Assembly (NCBI RefSeq): GCF_963921235.1
Contig: NC_086097.1
Location: 121,026,001 to 121,090,000 of the forward strand
DNA length: 64,000 bases
From: Mobula hypostoma
Taxonomy: Eukaryota
Reading direction: 5' to 3'
Both the position numbers and the translations under genes were made by a program. Below are positions 62,730 to 64,000 of this stretch, in pieces. The notes below the pieces were generated by a model. That model made no database searches. It was not told where the DNA came from and was given only the letters and a program-made list of their open reading frames with translations. How positions within the stretch are numbered: the first letter of the stretch is position 1; the number at the start of each line of letters is the position of its first letter.

Positions 62730-64000
62730 CATGGACTCCTAGGTTCCTTTGCACCATGGATTTTTGAATTTTCTCCTGGTTTAGAAAATAGATGACACCT
62801 TCTACCAAAGGGCATAACCATACACTTCCCCAAACTGTATTGCATGTGCCATTTCTTTGCCCATTCTCCTAATCTGTTTAAGTTCTTCTGTAGCCTCTCT
62901 ACTTTCTCAAAACTACCTGCCCCTCCACCTATCTTCATATCATCTGCAAACTTTGCAACAAAACCATCAATTCCATCACCTAAGTCAGGGCTCCCTAACC
63001 TTTTTTATGCCATGAACCCCTATCATTAACTGAGGGGTCTGTAGACACCAGGTTTGGAATCCCTGACCTAAATTATTGATGTAAACTTATAAAGAATCAG
63101 TCCCAACACAGACCCCTATGGAACACTAGACACTGCCATCCAGTAAAGGCTCCCTTTATTCCCATTCCTTTCTCCTGTAAATTAGCCACGGCTTTATCCA
63201 TGCTATCCATGAGCTCATAGCTTGTTAAACAGTCTCATGTGTAGCACCTTATCAAAGACCTGAAAATCCAAGTACACAACATCAACAGATTCTCCTTTAT
63301 CTGAATGCCTGTTATTTCTTCAAAGAATTCCAATAGATTTATCAGGCAAGATTTTTCCTTGAAGAAACCATGCTGATTATGACCTTAATTATCAAGTACC
63401 CTGAAACCACATCCTTAATAATCGACTCCAACGTCTTCCTAACCATTGAGGTTAGACAAACTGGCCTATAATTTCCTTTTTTCTTCTGTCTCCCTCCCTT
63501 CTTGAAGAGTGGAGTGATATTTGCAATTTTCTCATCCTCCAAAACTGTGCCAAAATCTAGTAATTCTTGAAAGATCATTACTAATGCCTCTATAATCTCT
63601 TCAGCCACATCTTGCAGAAAGCTGGGGTGTACACCATCTGGTCCAGATGACTTATCTACCTTCAGACCTTTCACTTTCCCAAGCACCTTCTCTCTAGTAA
63701 CGGCACCTTCACACACTTCTCACCCCTGACACTCTCAAATCTCCAACATATTGCTAGTGCTTCACTGTAGAAGACTGATACAAAATACTTATTCAGTTCA
63801 TCCTGCATTTCCTTGTCCCTCATTACTACCTCTCCAGCAGTCTGGTATCTACTCTCACCTCTCTTTTGCATTTTATATATCTGAAAAAAAAGCTTTTGGT
63901 GTCTTCTTATATTATCGGCTAGCTTACCTGCACATTTCACCTTTAACCTCCTTATGGCTTTTTTTAGCTACCTTCTGTTAGTTTTTAAAAAGCTTCCCAC
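62730..64000 (-). mobile_element. Degraded CR1 RT region (runs off window)
   Basis: LKVDKSSGPDGVHP, GNYRPVCLTS, ERLQKNLNRLGEWAKKW. Confidence 0.9.
62986..63065. mobile_element. 80-bp hAT (Charlie-type) MITE
   Basis: CAGGG..CCCTG termini; 8-bp TSD ACCTAAGT / ACCTAAAT. Confidence 0.78.

Noticed and set aside
1..64000. Uni-strand piRNA-cluster-like TE trap
   Set aside because: LINE fragments occur in both orientations in similar numbers; no strand bias is visible and small-RNA data would be needed.

Overview
This is repeat-dominated eukaryotic (vertebrate) genomic DNA. The TE complement (CR1, Rex1/Babar, RTE, V-SINE/HE1-type, DeuSINE, Penelope-like) suggests a cartilaginous fish, probably a ray (inference). 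I found no recognisable host protein-coding gene, rRNA, functional tRNA or CRISPR array, and every recognisable ORF is TE-derived. Main contents: (1) many CR1 LINEs, including a full-length, nearly intact copy (39021-43404) nested antisense in ORF1 of another full-length CR1; (2) RTE and Rex1/Babar fragments; (3) a decayed Gypsy element with both LTRs, plus one clear and one possible solo LTR; (4) Tc1, mariner and hAT derivatives; (5) several Penelope-like remnants carrying minimal hammerhead-ribozyme motifs. The most unusual items are a 1.64-kb foldback element with ~700-bp inverted arms and TGT..ACA ends (2009-3651, Ginger-like), short Penelope-derived hairpin/hammerhead insertions with clean TSDs, two retro-insertions with a 3' tail at both ends, and an unexplained paired 28-nt motif in a TE-free island (30380/31052). 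Family names come from motif recognition by eye. Boundaries without a stated TSD are approximate. I cannot support a claim of a wholly new biological system.
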